DNA from: Candidatus Delongbacteria bacterium
GTDB lineage: Bacteria; CAIWAD01
DNA length: 64,000 bases
Direction of reading: 5' to 3'
Assembly: GCA_963663545.1 (NCBI GenBank)
Contig: OY760505.1
Span: 1,152,001-1,216,000, forward strand
The notes beneath the pieces were generated by a model. It ran no database searches and had not been told where the DNA came from. It saw nothing but the letters and a program-made list of their open reading frames with translations. The position numbers and the translations under genes were made by a program. Positions within the stretch are counted from its first letter, which is position 1. Each line of letters begins with the position of its first letter. Shown here in pieces: positions 1 to 9,815 of the stretch.

Positions 1-408
1 GCCGTAGGTGTACACGAACTGCTGAGTACTGCCGCTGCTGTTGATGGCGGTGTTGTTCAGGTCCGCTACTCCCCCGTGCGTGGCCCGGGAAGCCGTGGCC
101 AACCGATTGACCTCGATGCTGTAGTTGCCTTCAACAGCTCCCGTACCCGCAGTGGCGCCCACAATGTCCTCGTCGCTGGACGCGCTGCGATAAGCCAGCA
201 GGTCATCCAGATTCGTCAGATCTGCTGAGGCGGTTTCGAGGCTAAGCAGCTTGGTATTGATCTGGCGCCAGGCCTCCAGCGCCTCCTGCTCTTTGGCTTG
301 ACGTCGCTCAAGCAGAGTTACCTTGTTGCCTTCAATCTCCATGAGGGAATCAATTGTGCTTTGCCAATCGATTCCGGAAGACACGCCGCTGACGGATGTA
401 GTGCTCAT
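1..408 (-). CDS. fliD: Flagellar filament cap protein FliD, N-terminal part (runs off window start)
   Basis: Not in the ORF track. Manual translation from ATG 408: MSTTSVSGVSSGIDWQSTIDSLMEIEGNKVTLLERRQAKEQEALEAWRQINTKLLSL...SSDEDIVGATA...GNYSIEVNRLAT, typical FliD_N and following region; frame open to position 1. Confidence 0.85.
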   Translation of the reverse strand, partial: MSTTSVSGVSSGIDWQSTIDSLMEIEGNKVTLLERRQAKEQEALEAWRQINTKLLSLETASADLTNLDDLLAYRSASSDEDIVGATAGTGAVEGNYSIEVNRLATASRATHGGVADLNNTAINSSGSTQQFVYTYG

Positions 409-429
409 GCTTTGTTCGCTCTCACTGAC

Positions 430-456
430 TCTACGGCAATTCGGCCAACCCTTTGC
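430..456 (-). promoter_or_regulatory. Possible sigma-28-type promoter of fliD
   Basis: Minus strand GCAA-N15-GCCGTAGA resembles TAAA-N15-GCCGATAA, upstream of a late flagellar gene; imperfect match. Confidence 0.3.
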
Positions 457-741
457 AAGTATCGTGACAACTCCGCACCAGCCCGATAGATCGAGCATCG
501 GCAGAGTGGGTGCATTCTCGAGTCCGTCCCCTGTCCACAAGCCCCTGTTACAACCCCGCTCTGCTCCTGTAGCGGGTTCCAGCGAATCGAGATCTCTTGT
601 TAGAGCAGATGCGAAATAGAAAAGCCGCGAAGTTCCGAAGTCTTCTGGCGCCCCTTCAGCAGCGGTCACAACCCGCGAACCGGCAATATCCCCCACCGGG
701 CGGCAGGCTCTTCCCCTGCCTTTGCTCGATGCCGCGCAAAC

Positions 742-769
742 AAAAAGCCCCGCCATGAAGCGGGGCTTT
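742..769 (-). terminator. Rho-independent terminator after rplI
   Basis: Minus strand AAAGCCCCGC-ttcatg-GCGGGGCTTTTT stem-loop with U tract. Confidence 0.85.
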
Positions 770-795
770 GATTAGCCTTGAATTGGAATACTCGG

Positions 796-1380
796 CTAGG
801 CCTCGTCTTCCTCGTCGGTGGGCTCTTCGGTCTCGACAACCGGAGCCTCCTCGACCTCGATGGTCGGAGGCAGCTCGCCGCGCTCAGCGGCTTCAGCGGC
901 GGCGATTTCAGCCTCGAGGGCTGCACGCAGACCGGCATCGGCGTCCACGACGCTCAGGCGCACCATGGCCTGAATGTCACCGTAGAGCTTGATGGGCAGC
1001 TCGAAAGTACCCAGCGCTTTGATGGGAACTTCAAGCATGATGCGGCGACGGTCGATGTCCAGACCGACTTCCTTCAGCAGGTCGGCCACGTTGTGCGCGG
1101 TAACACTACCGTACAGACGGCCCTTGTCACCGGTCTTGACCGCAATGGACAACTCCTGGGACTCGATGCGCTCCTTCAGGGCGAGGGCGCGGGTACGGCT
1201 ACGATCGGCCTCCGACATCAGCTGCTTCTTCTCTTCCTCGAAGCGGCGCAGGCTGCCCTTGTCGGCGATGTAGGCGAATCCCTGGGGAACCAGATAATTA
1301 CGAGCGTAACCAGGCTTCACCTCGACGACAGCGCCGATCTTGCCCAGCTTCTCAACATCAGTGCGAAGAATGACCTTCAT
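796..1380 (-). CDS. rplI: 50S ribosomal protein L9 (acidic C-terminal extension)
   Basis: MKVILRTDVEKLGKIG...VKPGYARNYLVPQG...GRLYGSVT; follows rpsR. Confidence 0.97.
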   Translation of the reverse strand: MKVILRTDVEKLGKIGAVVEVKPGYARNYLVPQGFAYIADKGSLRRFEEEKKQLMSEADRSRTRALALKERIESQELSIAVKTGDKGRLYGSVTAHNVADLLKEVGLDIDRRRIMLEVPIKALGTFELPIKLYGDIQAMVRLSVVDADAGLRAALEAEIAAAEAAERGELPPTIEVEEAPVVETEEPTDEEDEA

Positions 1381-1390
1381 GCTTTCCTCC

Positions 1391-1615
1391 TTAGGCAGGA
1401 TTGTCCGCCACGAAGGGCAGCAAAGCCAGAATTCGAGCCCGCTTGATCGCGGTAGTCAGCATCCGCTGGTGCTTGGCACAAGTACCGGAAACACGACGCG
1501 GAATAATTTTTCCCCGCTCGGTAAGGAAGCGGGACAGGCGCTTCTCGTCACGATAGTCGATGTACTTCACACCGGCTTCGCAGAAGCGGCAGATACGCTT
1601 GCGGTGGTAGGCCAT
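1391..1615 (-). CDS. rpsR: 30S ribosomal protein S18 (zinc-motif type)
   Basis: CRFC...IDYRD...[22 protein letters not shown]...[13 protein letters not shown]. Confidence 0.97.
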   Translation of the reverse strand: MAYHRKRICRFCEAGVKYIDYRDEKRLSRFLTERGKIIPRRVSGTCAKHQRMLTTAIKRARILALLPFVADNPA

Positions 1616-1617
1616 GT

Positions 1618-2079
1618 TTAGTCCTCCTTCCTGGCGCGGGGCTCTCTGCGCGGACGCTCGTCACGCGGACGCTCGTCACGTTCCATGCCATCGTCGTCGC
1701 GGCCACCGGGACGGGTGGCAGTATTGCGACGCTCCATCTCCTTGCGATAACGATCCTGCGTCATGGCCTTGAAGCGAATGTCGCGATCGCTCATGCGCAC
1801 GGCCAGGTGACGGAAGATGTCGTCGGAGAGGGCAAACCAGCGCTTGACGGGGGTAATGGCTTCACCGGGCAGCAACACCTCGGAGTAGATGTAGTAGCCG
1901 TACTGGCGCTTTTCGATGGGATAGGCCAGGCGCTTCTTGCCGACACGGTCGACCTTCTGCACCTCGCCACCGAGCTTCTTCAGCTGCTCGGTGTACTTGG
2001 CGATCACCGCATTGATGCGCTCATCGTCGAAGTTGGGTTCGGCGATGAAGGTGATCTCATACTGTCTCAGCTCACTCAT
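1618..2079 (-). CDS. rpsF: 30S ribosomal protein S6
   Basis: Start ATG 2079 after [14 protein letters not shown]...[12 protein letters not shown]...GYY; R/D/E-rich tail. Confidence 0.95.
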   Translation of the reverse strand: MSELRQYEITFIAEPNFDDERINAVIAKYTEQLKKLGGEVQKVDRVGKKRLAYPIEKRQYGYYIYSEVLLPGEAITPVKRWFALSDDIFRHLAVRMSDRDIRFKAMTQDRYRKEMERRNTATRPGGRDDDGMERDERPRDERPRREPRARKED

Positions 2080-2083
2080 GTGG

Positions 2084-2131
2084 GCTCCTTCTGGACCTAT
2101 GTCCGCTCGGCCCGTCCGAGCGGAAAGAAGC
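2084..2131 (-). promoter_or_regulatory. Structured rpsF leader (candidate S6:S18 autoregulatory leader)
   Basis: Perfect 9-bp hairpin TCCGCTCGG/CCGAGCGGA, flanked by CTTCT that can pair with AGAAG overlapping the SD. Confidence 0.5.
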
Positions 2132-2147
2132 GTTTGCGAAGCCAAAA

Positions 2148-2176
2148 AGTATAGGATATGAGAAACAACTATGCAA
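2148..2176 (-). promoter_or_regulatory. Sigma-70 promoter of the rpsF operon
   Basis: TTGCAT-17 nt-TATACT on the minus strand. Confidence 0.7.
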
Positions 2177-2195
2177 GAGAACGGCCTTCGCGTCC

Positions 2196-2684
2196 TCAGT
2201 CGGAGCGCTTTGCCTGACTGCGATCCCAGGCTAGAAACAACAGACGACCGCCAACCATGCCCAATACGGCTTGCACCAGGTTGGGCAGTAACTCGGCAAG
2301 GGCACTGGCGGGGCCGCCCAGAGCATCGATTCGGTACTCCCCCAGGAAGTAGATCAGCACCATGCTCATGGAGCCAAGCAGCAGAAAAAGGTAGTGCAGG
2401 TGGCCGCTGCGGCCGCGCGCGTTGCCGATGATCCAGCCTTCTATTCCCTTGGCCAGAAACGTGAGCGGAGCAAAAAGCGCATAGCCCCCCGCCACGTCCG
2501 CCAGCGCACTGCCCAAGCCACCCGCCAGCAATCCGCCGGTGCGTCCCAGGGCCAGTGCGGCAAAGACCACAGCCACATCGCCAAAATTGAAATAGCCAAT
2601 GCCGACGGGAAAACGCACGAAGAGGGTTCCCAGCGTCACTACGACCAACATGCCTGCCAGGGTGTACCATTTAGGTTTTGTCAC
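2196..2684 (-). CDS. ECF transporter substrate-specific S component
   Basis: GYFNFGD...GGLGSALAD...YALFAPLTFLAKG motifs; GTG start at 2684 after AAAGGAG, overlapping the upstream stop. Confidence 0.88.
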   Translation of the reverse strand: MTKPKWYTLAGMLVVVTLGTLFVRFPVGIGYFNFGDVAVVFAALALGRTGGLLAGGLGSALADVAGGYALFAPLTFLAKGIEGWIIGNARGRSGHLHYLFLLLGSMSMVLIYFLGEYRIDALGGPASALAELLPNLVQAVLGMVGGRLLFLAWDRSQAKRSD

Positions 2685-3277
2685 ACGCTCTCCTTTCGGC
2701 AATGTTGCCAGCGATTGTCCATCAGTTCGCCCACCAGCTGCGCCTCCTCCAGCACAAACAGCAGCAGCGCCAGAATCAATTGCATGCCGCGCCGGAATCG
2801 TCGCCGAATCCGGGTTTCGCTTTCCGCTTGCGGATACAGCTCCAGCGCCAACTCCAGCTCCGGCAACACGCCTTCAGCACGTGCCAGCAGAATTCGAATC
2901 AGCAACACGCTCTTACGAACGGTCTCCCCTAGTGGCAAGCTCAGGATGTCGCTGAAGCGGAGGCTTCCCAACAGCAGCGCTACAAGGAAGAAACCATTGC
3001 CCATGAGCAAGGCAATGCCCGTGCCATGCAGCAGACTTTGCATGGGGTGATGCATCACGACGCCCGCCAGCAGATTGAGCACCAGAATGATCACCGCCAG
3101 TGGCATGAACAGTTTGAACTGGGCCAATAGCGCTCGCCATCCGCGCAACAAGCCAAAACCAAACAGCACCAGCAGAAACAGCAGTGTCTGCACCGTCATG
3201 TTGCGCGCCAGCAGTCCGCAGGGAAACACCAGAAAGGTTAGCAGCAGCCCCGATACTACCCACATGCGCCTGCTCAT
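2681..3277 (-). CDS. Divergent ECF T-component-like membrane protein
   Basis: About four hydrophobic segments followed by amphipathic helices; lies between ATPase-like genes and the S component; no clear ARG motif. Confidence 0.6.
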   Translation of the reverse strand: MSRRMWVVSGLLLTFLVFPCGLLARNMTVQTLLFLLVLFGFGLLRGWRALLAQFKLFMPLAVIILVLNLLAGVVMHHPMQSLLHGTGIALLMGNGFFLVALLLGSLRFSDILSLPLGETVRKSVLLIRILLARAEGVLPELELALELYPQAESETRIRRRFRRGMQLILALLLFVLEEAQLVGELMDNRWQHCRKESV

Positions 3278-3804
3278 GTATCACGCCTCCGCAGAGCGAC
3301 CTCGACTACTTCCGGCTCCAGCCGCCGAAAAAGGATCTCTTCGAAGCCGGACAGCACACGAACAGCGTGTGATACAAGAATGAGCGTGTCACCAACAGCC
3401 GGACGCGCGCAGGCATGTTCTACGCTTTCGTATGACTCCGGCTCATCCTGCAGCCAAACGCAACCAGCTTCTACGCCATCGTGAAGCCGTAATGTGGCCA
3501 GGTGATCCAGCTGTTCACTGAGATCGGCACCACTCTCCCCCGCCAGCAAGCGCCCGGCACGAAGGACCAATGCCAGCGCCTGTGGATCCTGCGGAATATA
3601 GCTCAGATGTGGAGATGGCTTCAGGACTTGTAATGCCGGCAGTAACACATGCCTCAGGAAGCTGCTCTTTCCAGCGCCATTGTCACCCGTAATCCAGTAC
3701 CGATAACCGTGATACAAACTCAGAGCCTCTGGAAAGCGCAATTCCAGTTTCCGGTAAAGGCGCACTCGCCCTCGAGGAATCTCCAGTAGCAGACGGTCAG
3801 CCAA
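3274..3804 (-). CDS. Truncated ABC/ECF ATPase (Walker A, Q-loop, Walker B, H-loop; no LSGGQ)
   Basis: GDNGAGKS, YIPQDP, WLQDEP, ILVSH in 176 aa. Confidence 0.75.
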   Translation of the reverse strand: MADRLLLEIPRGRVRLYRKLELRFPEALSLYHGYRYWITGDNGAGKSSFLRHVLLPALQVLKPSPHLSYIPQDPQALALVLRAGRLLAGESGADLSEQLDHLATLRLHDGVEAGCVWLQDEPESYESVEHACARPAVGDTLILVSHAVRVLSGFEEILFRRLEPEVVEVALRRRDT

Positions 3805-4189
3805 GGAGCACCACCTCCATTCCGGCTGACTGGCGCTCCCCTATCAGCGCGCGAAGGAGTTCCCTGCGCTCCTCGTGCAGGGGCCCCAGGCAGAAACTCA
3901 GGACGACACGAGTTGCCGCCGAGCACAGTGCGATGCTGATTCCCAGCATCAATTGCTGGCCGCCGGACAGGCAGCGGCATTCTGTATTGACGTCGACGTC
4001 ACAAGCGGACAAGCGCCGATATGTATCACGCACTCGTGGCCAGTCTTTCTCATCCATGTGATACATCAGAAGTTCATCGGCGGGAGTGCTCATGGCGAGT
4101 AGCGGGCGTCGTCCGTCCAGTACCAGGGCATCTGCGCCCCACTGTTCCAGGGAAGCTAAAACCTCGTGAATCAAGCAGGCATCCTCCAA
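3797..4189 (-). CDS. Degenerate ABC-ATPase-like protein retaining only the signature motif
   Basis: LSGGQQ present; no Walker A, Walker B degenerate; overlaps the next gene. Confidence 0.55.
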   Translation of the reverse strand: MEDACLIHEVLASLEQWGADALVLDGRRPLLAMSTPADELLMYHMDEKDWPRVRDTYRRLSACDVDVNTECRCLSGGQQLMLGISIALCSAATRVVLSFCLGPLHEERRELLRALIGERQSAGMEVVLLG

Positions 4190-4237
4190 TCCGCAGAGGC
4201 AAGGTAGCGATGCCAGGGCATGCCCGGCAAGCCAATG

Positions 4238-4270
4238 AAAACGGGCGACAGTGGTCCACCGTCGCCCGTT
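4238..4270 (-). terminator. Terminator after the cytochrome gene
   Basis: AACGGGCGAC/GTCGCCCGTT stem ending in TTTT on the minus strand. Confidence 0.7.
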
Positions 4271-4302
4271 GATGCGCTAGCAATACTACGAGAAGTCGTA
4301 GA

Positions 4303-6825
4303 CTATTCTTCCTCGTCCTTCACTCGACCTTCGCGCTTAAGCTCACGGTACCAGTCTGGATGGTGATACTTGGCCCACAACCGCGAGACCATGCCGTGTA
4401 CCAGAATCTGCCAGGTGCCCGGGTTGGCAATGGTGCCCAGATAAGCGTGCGCCACTACACCGGCAATCAGGACGAATGCGGTCACGTTGTGAATGGTGTC
4501 CGTCAAGCACACGGTCGGCAGGCTCATGCCTTCTTTGAATACGAGCATGAATCCACTGACAATCAGGACTCCACCCAGAACCACAGTTAGCCAGTAGAAG
4601 ATCTTCTGCCCAGCATTGAAGCGTCCGGCAGGGACTTCGCCCTTGTAGCCCAGGTAGCCGCCCAGCTTTTTGAACCAGTCCTTATCGTGCGCGGCAAATA
4701 GTGCATCACGGAACCAGAGCATAGTACCCCACAGAGTGGTGAGCGTGAACACGACGCCCGCGCCGATGTGGAACTGCAGAGCCTGCTCGTAGGATGAGAA
4801 GAAGAGCTCCAGCCAGTTGGTCGCGCTGAAAGCAAAGATCAGTCCGGTCATGGCCAGCAGCAGGAAGGAGACCAGACGGAAGAGATGCACGAGGCGTTCT
4901 GCCACGCTGAAGCGTTTGACTTCGCCCGCCGCATACGCCAGTTCGTGATGCTTCGGCCCCTGGGCGTGGTAGTGCAAAATGATGAAGAACAGCACAACCA
5001 TGAACAGCAAACCGAGCATGGGCGACATCAGCCGTTGATGGAAACTGTTGACGGAGAAAATCCATGGGTTGCAGCCAAGCAGACGGCCAATACGCTCCTG
5101 CACAGGCTTGCCGTCCGTGCCGTAAAGATCCACGGTATAGAAGCCCTTGAAGAAATGCGCCTCGGGGCTATGGCAGTCCTGGCAGCCGTTTGCACCAAGC
5201 GCTTGTGGTGCCGGTGCCACATTATGGTTGATGGAAAAACTGTGGGAATGCGCCATTGGGTGATGCTCATGCACCAGCTCACCGGCCTCGTTGATCTCCC
5301 AGGCGTAACCACCTTTCATCAGCATGGGGTGCACGGCGCTGAAGCGTTTGTTGCCTTGCAAGGTTTGCGCGTAGGTTTCAAGCGCCAGACGGATTTCAGC
5401 CTCGGTGTTGATCTCAAGTTGGCCGTCGCCGTTATCATCGCTGAGCTGCCCCTTGTAAATCTCGTAGCCCTTCTTGTTCTCACGGGCAAAGAGCGGCAGG
5501 ATGGTTCCGTCTGCATCACGGTTGGCAAAGTACACGGCCAGAATGGGATTCATAGGATAAACCTTGCCGTCCTCGCGCCGCTCGTACTGGGGCTCCCACT
5601 CAGCCAATTCGCCAAACTTCTTGTAGCCAGGCGGCTGGGTGATGTACTCCAGCTTTCCCGATGAAGCCTCAAATCCCATGCCCGCACTGCGGTTGAGGTG
5701 TGGAATGTGACACGCTTCGCAACTCAGATTGCGAATGTGCGAAGGCCGAAGCCCGGCATGTCGCGGCACGGTGGCGCCCAGTGTGCCGGACTCGTGGCAC
5801 TGCTGGCAGGTCATCATGGTGTTGTCCAGATCATCGCGCACGGTGCCGATGTTCTCATCGCCCTTGGCAATCTGGTGATCCAGACCCGCCGGGTGACACG
5901 CCACGCAATTCAGACCTTGCTGATTGTGCACATCTGGATTGTGGATATCGTTCCACGAGAAGCCGCGCTTCTTCACATCGGACTGGCTGTGGCAGAAGGT
6001 GCAGTTTTCATCCGGGGGAGGCCACGAAAGGTTGAGTGCCACCGTGCCATCCGCGTTGAAAAAACGCTGGTTGTACTGCACGACGGGTGTATCACCGTCG
6101 CCGACTGCGCCTTTCACCAGACCAATGCCAGAGCCTTCAACAGCGGCCCAGCGGAAGTTCTCTTTTTTGAATTGAATGGTGCGGCTCTTGAAGTCATACT
6201 CGGGCAGGTGACACACAAAGCAGTCGGCCTCAACCACGCCACTACGGTCCCAGTTGGTGTGGAAGTAATCGCCGTCAAAGGTGCTGCTTAGCTCGGGATT
6301 TGCCGCCAGAGTGTGATCGTAACGTTGGCCATCGCGATCAAATTCAATTCCGCCGCCACCGGGGTGACAGGAACCGCAAGTAGGCTTGCCCGCCATCGGC
6401 CCGCCAAGGGAGCTTCTGCCGCCCTTGCCGCCGCTGACGAACTCGAAGGGAGTCATGTCAATCTGGTCTGCGTTTTCGTTGTGCTTTCTCGCCAACTGGC
6501 GAAAAGAAGGGGGTCACCACTTTCCCAGCATGCCGTCCGACAACACCCAGGGCTGTTTGCGCGCCTGCGCAAAGTCGTCGCGTATCACCTCCCAGCCCTG
6601 CTGGAAATGGTAACCGCTGGTGATGGTTTTGTAGTCATGGCAGTGTCCGCAAGTCTGCTTCATGCTGAAGGGAACCGTTGCGTTCTCGCCATTGACCGGG
6701 TTGATGATGGCGCCCGTCTCATCCCGCAAATAAAAATCCGGGCAGCCTGCCGCCTTGGTCCAACCCGCAGTCGCTGATAGCAGCGTCAGCAGAAGAACCA
6801 GGCGCAGATAGGCGTAGCACCTCAT
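4303..6825 (-). CDS. Selenocysteine-containing octaheme cytochrome c fused to a FdnI-like cytochrome b (840 aa, UGA at 6516-6514)
   Basis: ORFs 6514..6825 and 4303..6495 share a frame and are separated only by TGA (GMLGKW-U-PPSFRQLARK). Signal peptide; eight CxxCH (CGHCH, CGSCH, CFVCH, CTFCH, CVACH, CQQCH, CEACH, CQDCH); C-terminal RFS..ERLVH...AGRFNAGQK...WAKYHHPDW. Confidence 0.85.
6484..6506 (-). promoter_or_regulatory. Bacterial SECIS-like hairpin
   Basis: mRNA UUUUCGCC-AGUU-GGCGAGAA: 8-bp stem with one G-U; loop starts 16 nt after the UGA with G in the second loop position. Confidence 0.75.
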
Positions 6826-6985
6826 AGATGATCCTTTCGTGATACGTGTTTCATACCCATCGATTCGCGTCTACCTGGCGGTAGTAGTAGCGTCCGCAAA
6901 TGCATTCATTTTCGCGGACACTTCATAGTAGCAGGAACGAGCAGCGTGTGCAACGAAAAGGAGACACTACAATAACGTGTATAGG

Positions 6986-7007
6986 AAAGGGCGGGAAAAC
7001 CCGCCCT
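6986..7007 (-). terminator. Terminator after hppA
   Basis: AGGGCGGG-tttt-CCCGCCCTTT. Confidence 0.75.
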
Positions 7008-7031
7008 GTATCACGCATCTGTCGAAAGCGG

Positions 7032-9092
7032 CTAAATCAGTGGTGCAATCACCAGGGAGACTACACTCATCAGCTTGATCAGGATGTTCAGACTGGGGCC
7101 AGCTGTATCCTTGAAAGGATCGCCGACTGTATCACCGGTCACGGCCGCCTTGTGGGCATCGGAGCCCTTACCACCGTAAGCGCCGCCCTCGATGTGCTTC
7201 TTGGCGTTATCCCAGGCACCGCCAGCATTGGACATAAACATGGCCATCAACACACCGGTCACCGTCACGCCAGCCAACACTCCGCCCAGCATCTCCTTGC
7301 TGTGCAGAATGAGACCGAAAAAGACTGGTGTCAGCACCGCCAGCAATCCGGGCAGAATCATCTCGCGGATAGCCGAGGTGGTAGAGATGTCAACGCAGCG
7401 CGCGTACTCCGCCTTGGCCTTGCCTTCCAGCAGACCGGGAATCTCGCGGAACTGGCGTCGCACTTCTTCAATCATGGCATTGGCTGCGCGGCCAACGGCG
7501 TTCATGGCCATGGAGCTGAACAGGAAAGGCAGCATGCCACCAATCAGCAAGCCCGCCATGACCTTGGGCTGTAGTACATCAATGCTCTCAAGCTGTACCG
7601 TTGTTTTGAAGGCGGCGAACAAAGCAAGCGCAGTCAGCGCGGCACTACCAATGGCAAAGCCCTTGCCGATGGCTGCCGTAGTGTTGCCTACTGCGTCCAG
7701 CCTGTCGGTACGCTGACGGACTTCCGGCGGCAACTCGGCCATTTCGGCGAGACCGCCAGCGTTGTCGGCGATGGGTCCGTAGGCGTCCACGGCCAACTGA
7801 ATGCCAGTCGTAGCCAGCATGCCCAACGCGGCAATGGCAATACCATACAAACCAGCAAACTGGAAACTGAGGATGATGGCGACTGCTAAAACAAGGATTG
7901 GTAAAGCGGTTGACTGCATCCCGACACCAAGGCCAGCAATGATATTTGTGGCAGCACCGGTCTGACTGTCATGGGCAATACGCCTGACTGGGCCACGATT
8001 CTCGGCAGTGTAGTACTCTGTAAGCATGCCGATGAGTGTACCCGCAACCAACCCCGCAATGGTGGCCAGGAAAATACCGTTCGCCGAGTAGTCCACGCCA
8101 TCCAGCATGTAGCTGACCGGTGCAAGCGCCTTGATGATGAACCAGGTCGCCACGATCATCAGACCTGCGGCGCCAAAGGTGCCGATGTTCAACGCCGTCT
8201 GCGGATTTCCGCCCTCACGCACTCGCACGAAGAAGGTGCCCAGAATGCTTAGCAGAATACCCGCTGCGGCCAGGGCCAGCGGCAGCGTGACCAGATCCAT
8301 GGGAGTTCCGCCGGTGACAACGGCACCAGCACCAAGGACCATGGCACCCAGAATGGAGCCGACATAGGACTCGAAGAGGTCTGCGCCCATGCCCGCGACG
8401 TCGCCCACATTGTCGCCCACGTTATCAGCAATGGTAGCTGGGTTGCGCGGATCATCCTCGGGAATGCCCGCTTCAACCTTGCCCACCAGGTCGGCGCCGA
8501 CATCAGCAGCTTTGGTGTAAATGCCACCACCCACACGAGCGAATAGCGCGATGGAACTAGCTCCCATAGCGAATCCCGAAAGGATGCGCAACACGGAGTC
8601 CAGCTCGCTTCCACCCGCGGGCAACATGGAGGCAGGCAGATTTTGATACAGCAGGAAAAGCCCGGCCAGGCCGATGATGCCCAGACCGACGACGCACATG
8701 CCCATCACGGCACCACCGCTGAAGGCAACTCCCAGTGCTGCAGCAAGGCTGCTGCGAGCTGCATTTGTAGTACGCATGTTAGCGGCAGTCGCCACACGCA
8801 TCCCAAAGAAACCCGCAAGCGAAGAGCACAACGCGCCCACTACGAAGCTCAACGCAGTCAACTGGGCACCATCTCGCCAGTTTCCAACCACCAGCAAAAT
8901 GGCCACCGCCACCACAAAAATGCTGAGGACTTTGTATTCGCGACCAAGGAAGGCCATAGCACCTTCGCGCACTGCGGCGCCGATTTCGCGCATGTGTTCG
9001 GTTCCGGCATCGAGCCGGTTGATCCAACTGGACTTCCACCACGCAAAGAGCAGCGCCAGAATACCAGCGCCTAGCGCAATCTGGATGGTCAT
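7032..9092 (-). CDS. hppA: Membrane-bound pyrophosphatase, K+-dependent, probably Na+-translocating
   Basis: [35 protein letters not shown] (Ala, K+-dependent type), [11 protein letters not shown]; start ATG 9092 after GAGG. Confidence 0.96.
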   Translation of the reverse strand: MTIQIALGAGILALLFAWWKSSWINRLDAGTEHMREIGAAVREGAMAFLGREYKVLSIFVVAVAILLVVGNWRDGAQLTALSFVVGALCSSLAGFFGMRVATAANMRTTNAARSSLAAALGVAFSGGAVMGMCVVGLGIIGLAGLFLLYQNLPASMLPAGGSELDSVLRILSGFAMGASSIALFARVGGGIYTKAADVGADLVGKVEAGIPEDDPRNPATIADNVGDNVGDVAGMGADLFESYVGSILGAMVLGAGAVVTGGTPMDLVTLPLALAAAGILLSILGTFFVRVREGGNPQTALNIGTFGAAGLMIVATWFIIKALAPVSYMLDGVDYSANGIFLATIAGLVAGTLIGMLTEYYTAENRGPVRRIAHDSQTGAATNIIAGLGVGMQSTALPILVLAVAIILSFQFAGLYGIAIAALGMLATTGIQLAVDAYGPIADNAGGLAEMAELPPEVRQRTDRLDAVGNTTAAIGKGFAIGSAALTALALFAAFKTTVQLESIDVLQPKVMAGLLIGGMLPFLFSSMAMNAVGRAANAMIEEVRRQFREIPGLLEGKAKAEYARCVDISTTSAIREMILPGLLAVLTPVFFGLILHSKEMLGGVLAGVTVTGVLMAMFMSNAGGAWDNAKKHIEGGAYGGKGSDAHKAAVTGDTVGDPFKDTAGPSLNILIKLMSVVSLVIAPLI

Positions 9093-9179
9093 CGTGAACC
9101 TCGTGTTTTGGCCCGCGCGGGGCGGGCGAATCCCGTCTTGCTTTCCGAGGGAAAAAGCTAGCACAATTCAGGACACAGG

Positions 9180-9800
9180 TCAGCCCTGATCGGGTGATGT
9201 ATCACCTTTTTCTTGTGTATCACGGGAAGAGCTGCGATTGTGGCGGTTTTGCGCCGCTGTGACACCTTGATCCAGCCACAATGTGACACCGTCTACGGCG
9301 CGCTCGAGCATCTCTTCTACATGGCTCTGCATTGAAGTGGGCACGGGCGCGAGGACGAAAGACTTCCAACGGCTTGATGGGATCTCATTGCTCGGCGGGC
9401 GAAAACCCATGCGCAATCGCGGAATGCCGGATCCAAGAATTTGCACGATGTGAGACATGCCGTTGTGGTTGCCGCCGGAACCGGAAGCGCGAAAGCGAAG
9501 CTCGCCAAGGGGAAGGTCGAGGTCGTCGAAAGCAACAAGGCAGTCGGCCGGATCGGCCTTGTAATAATGACACATGTCGTGCACGGCCTGACCCGACAGG
9601 TTCATATAGGTTGTCGGTTTGCACAGGAGCAGGTCATGGCCCGCAAGCGTAACACGCGCTTCGAGCCAGGAACCGCGGCCGCTGCGGAAAGCGGTCGCCT
9701 GTTGATTGGCCAGTCGGTCCAGCAACATGAATCCCAGGTTGTGCCACGTGTTCTTGTAGCGCAACCCGGGATTCCCAAGGCCAAACAGGATCTGATTCAC
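9180..9800 (-). CDS. pth: Peptidyl-tRNA hydrolase
   Basis: GLGNPG, HNLGF, KPTTYMNLSG, GGNHNG. Confidence 0.95.
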   Translation of the reverse strand: MNQILFGLGNPGLRYKNTWHNLGFMLLDRLANQQATAFRSGRGSWLEARVTLAGHDLLLCKPTTYMNLSGQAVHDMCHYYKADPADCLVAFDDLDLPLGELRFRASGSGGNHNGMSHIVQILGSGIPRLRMGFRPPSNEIPSSRWKSFVLAPVPTSMQSHVEEMLERAVDGVTLWLDQGVTAAQNRHNRSSSRDTQEKGDTSPDQG

Positions 9801-9815
9801 GATCCCGCCAATAGC

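Noticed and set aside
1640..1685. Direct repeat GGACGCTCGTCACG
   Set aside because: Simply encodes the RDERP repeats of the S6 tail.
2080..2670. 350-aa rpsF from the ORF track
   Set aside because: The extension overlaps the S-component gene; promoter and SD point to ATG 2079.
4190..4302. Riboswitch ahead of the ECF genes
   Set aside because: Only ~50 nt lie between the upstream terminator and the start; no aptamer consensus recognised.
6514..6516. UGA reassigned genome-wide (Trp or Gly code)
   Set aside because: spoVG, ileS, lon, ftsK and others end at TGA at their expected lengths.
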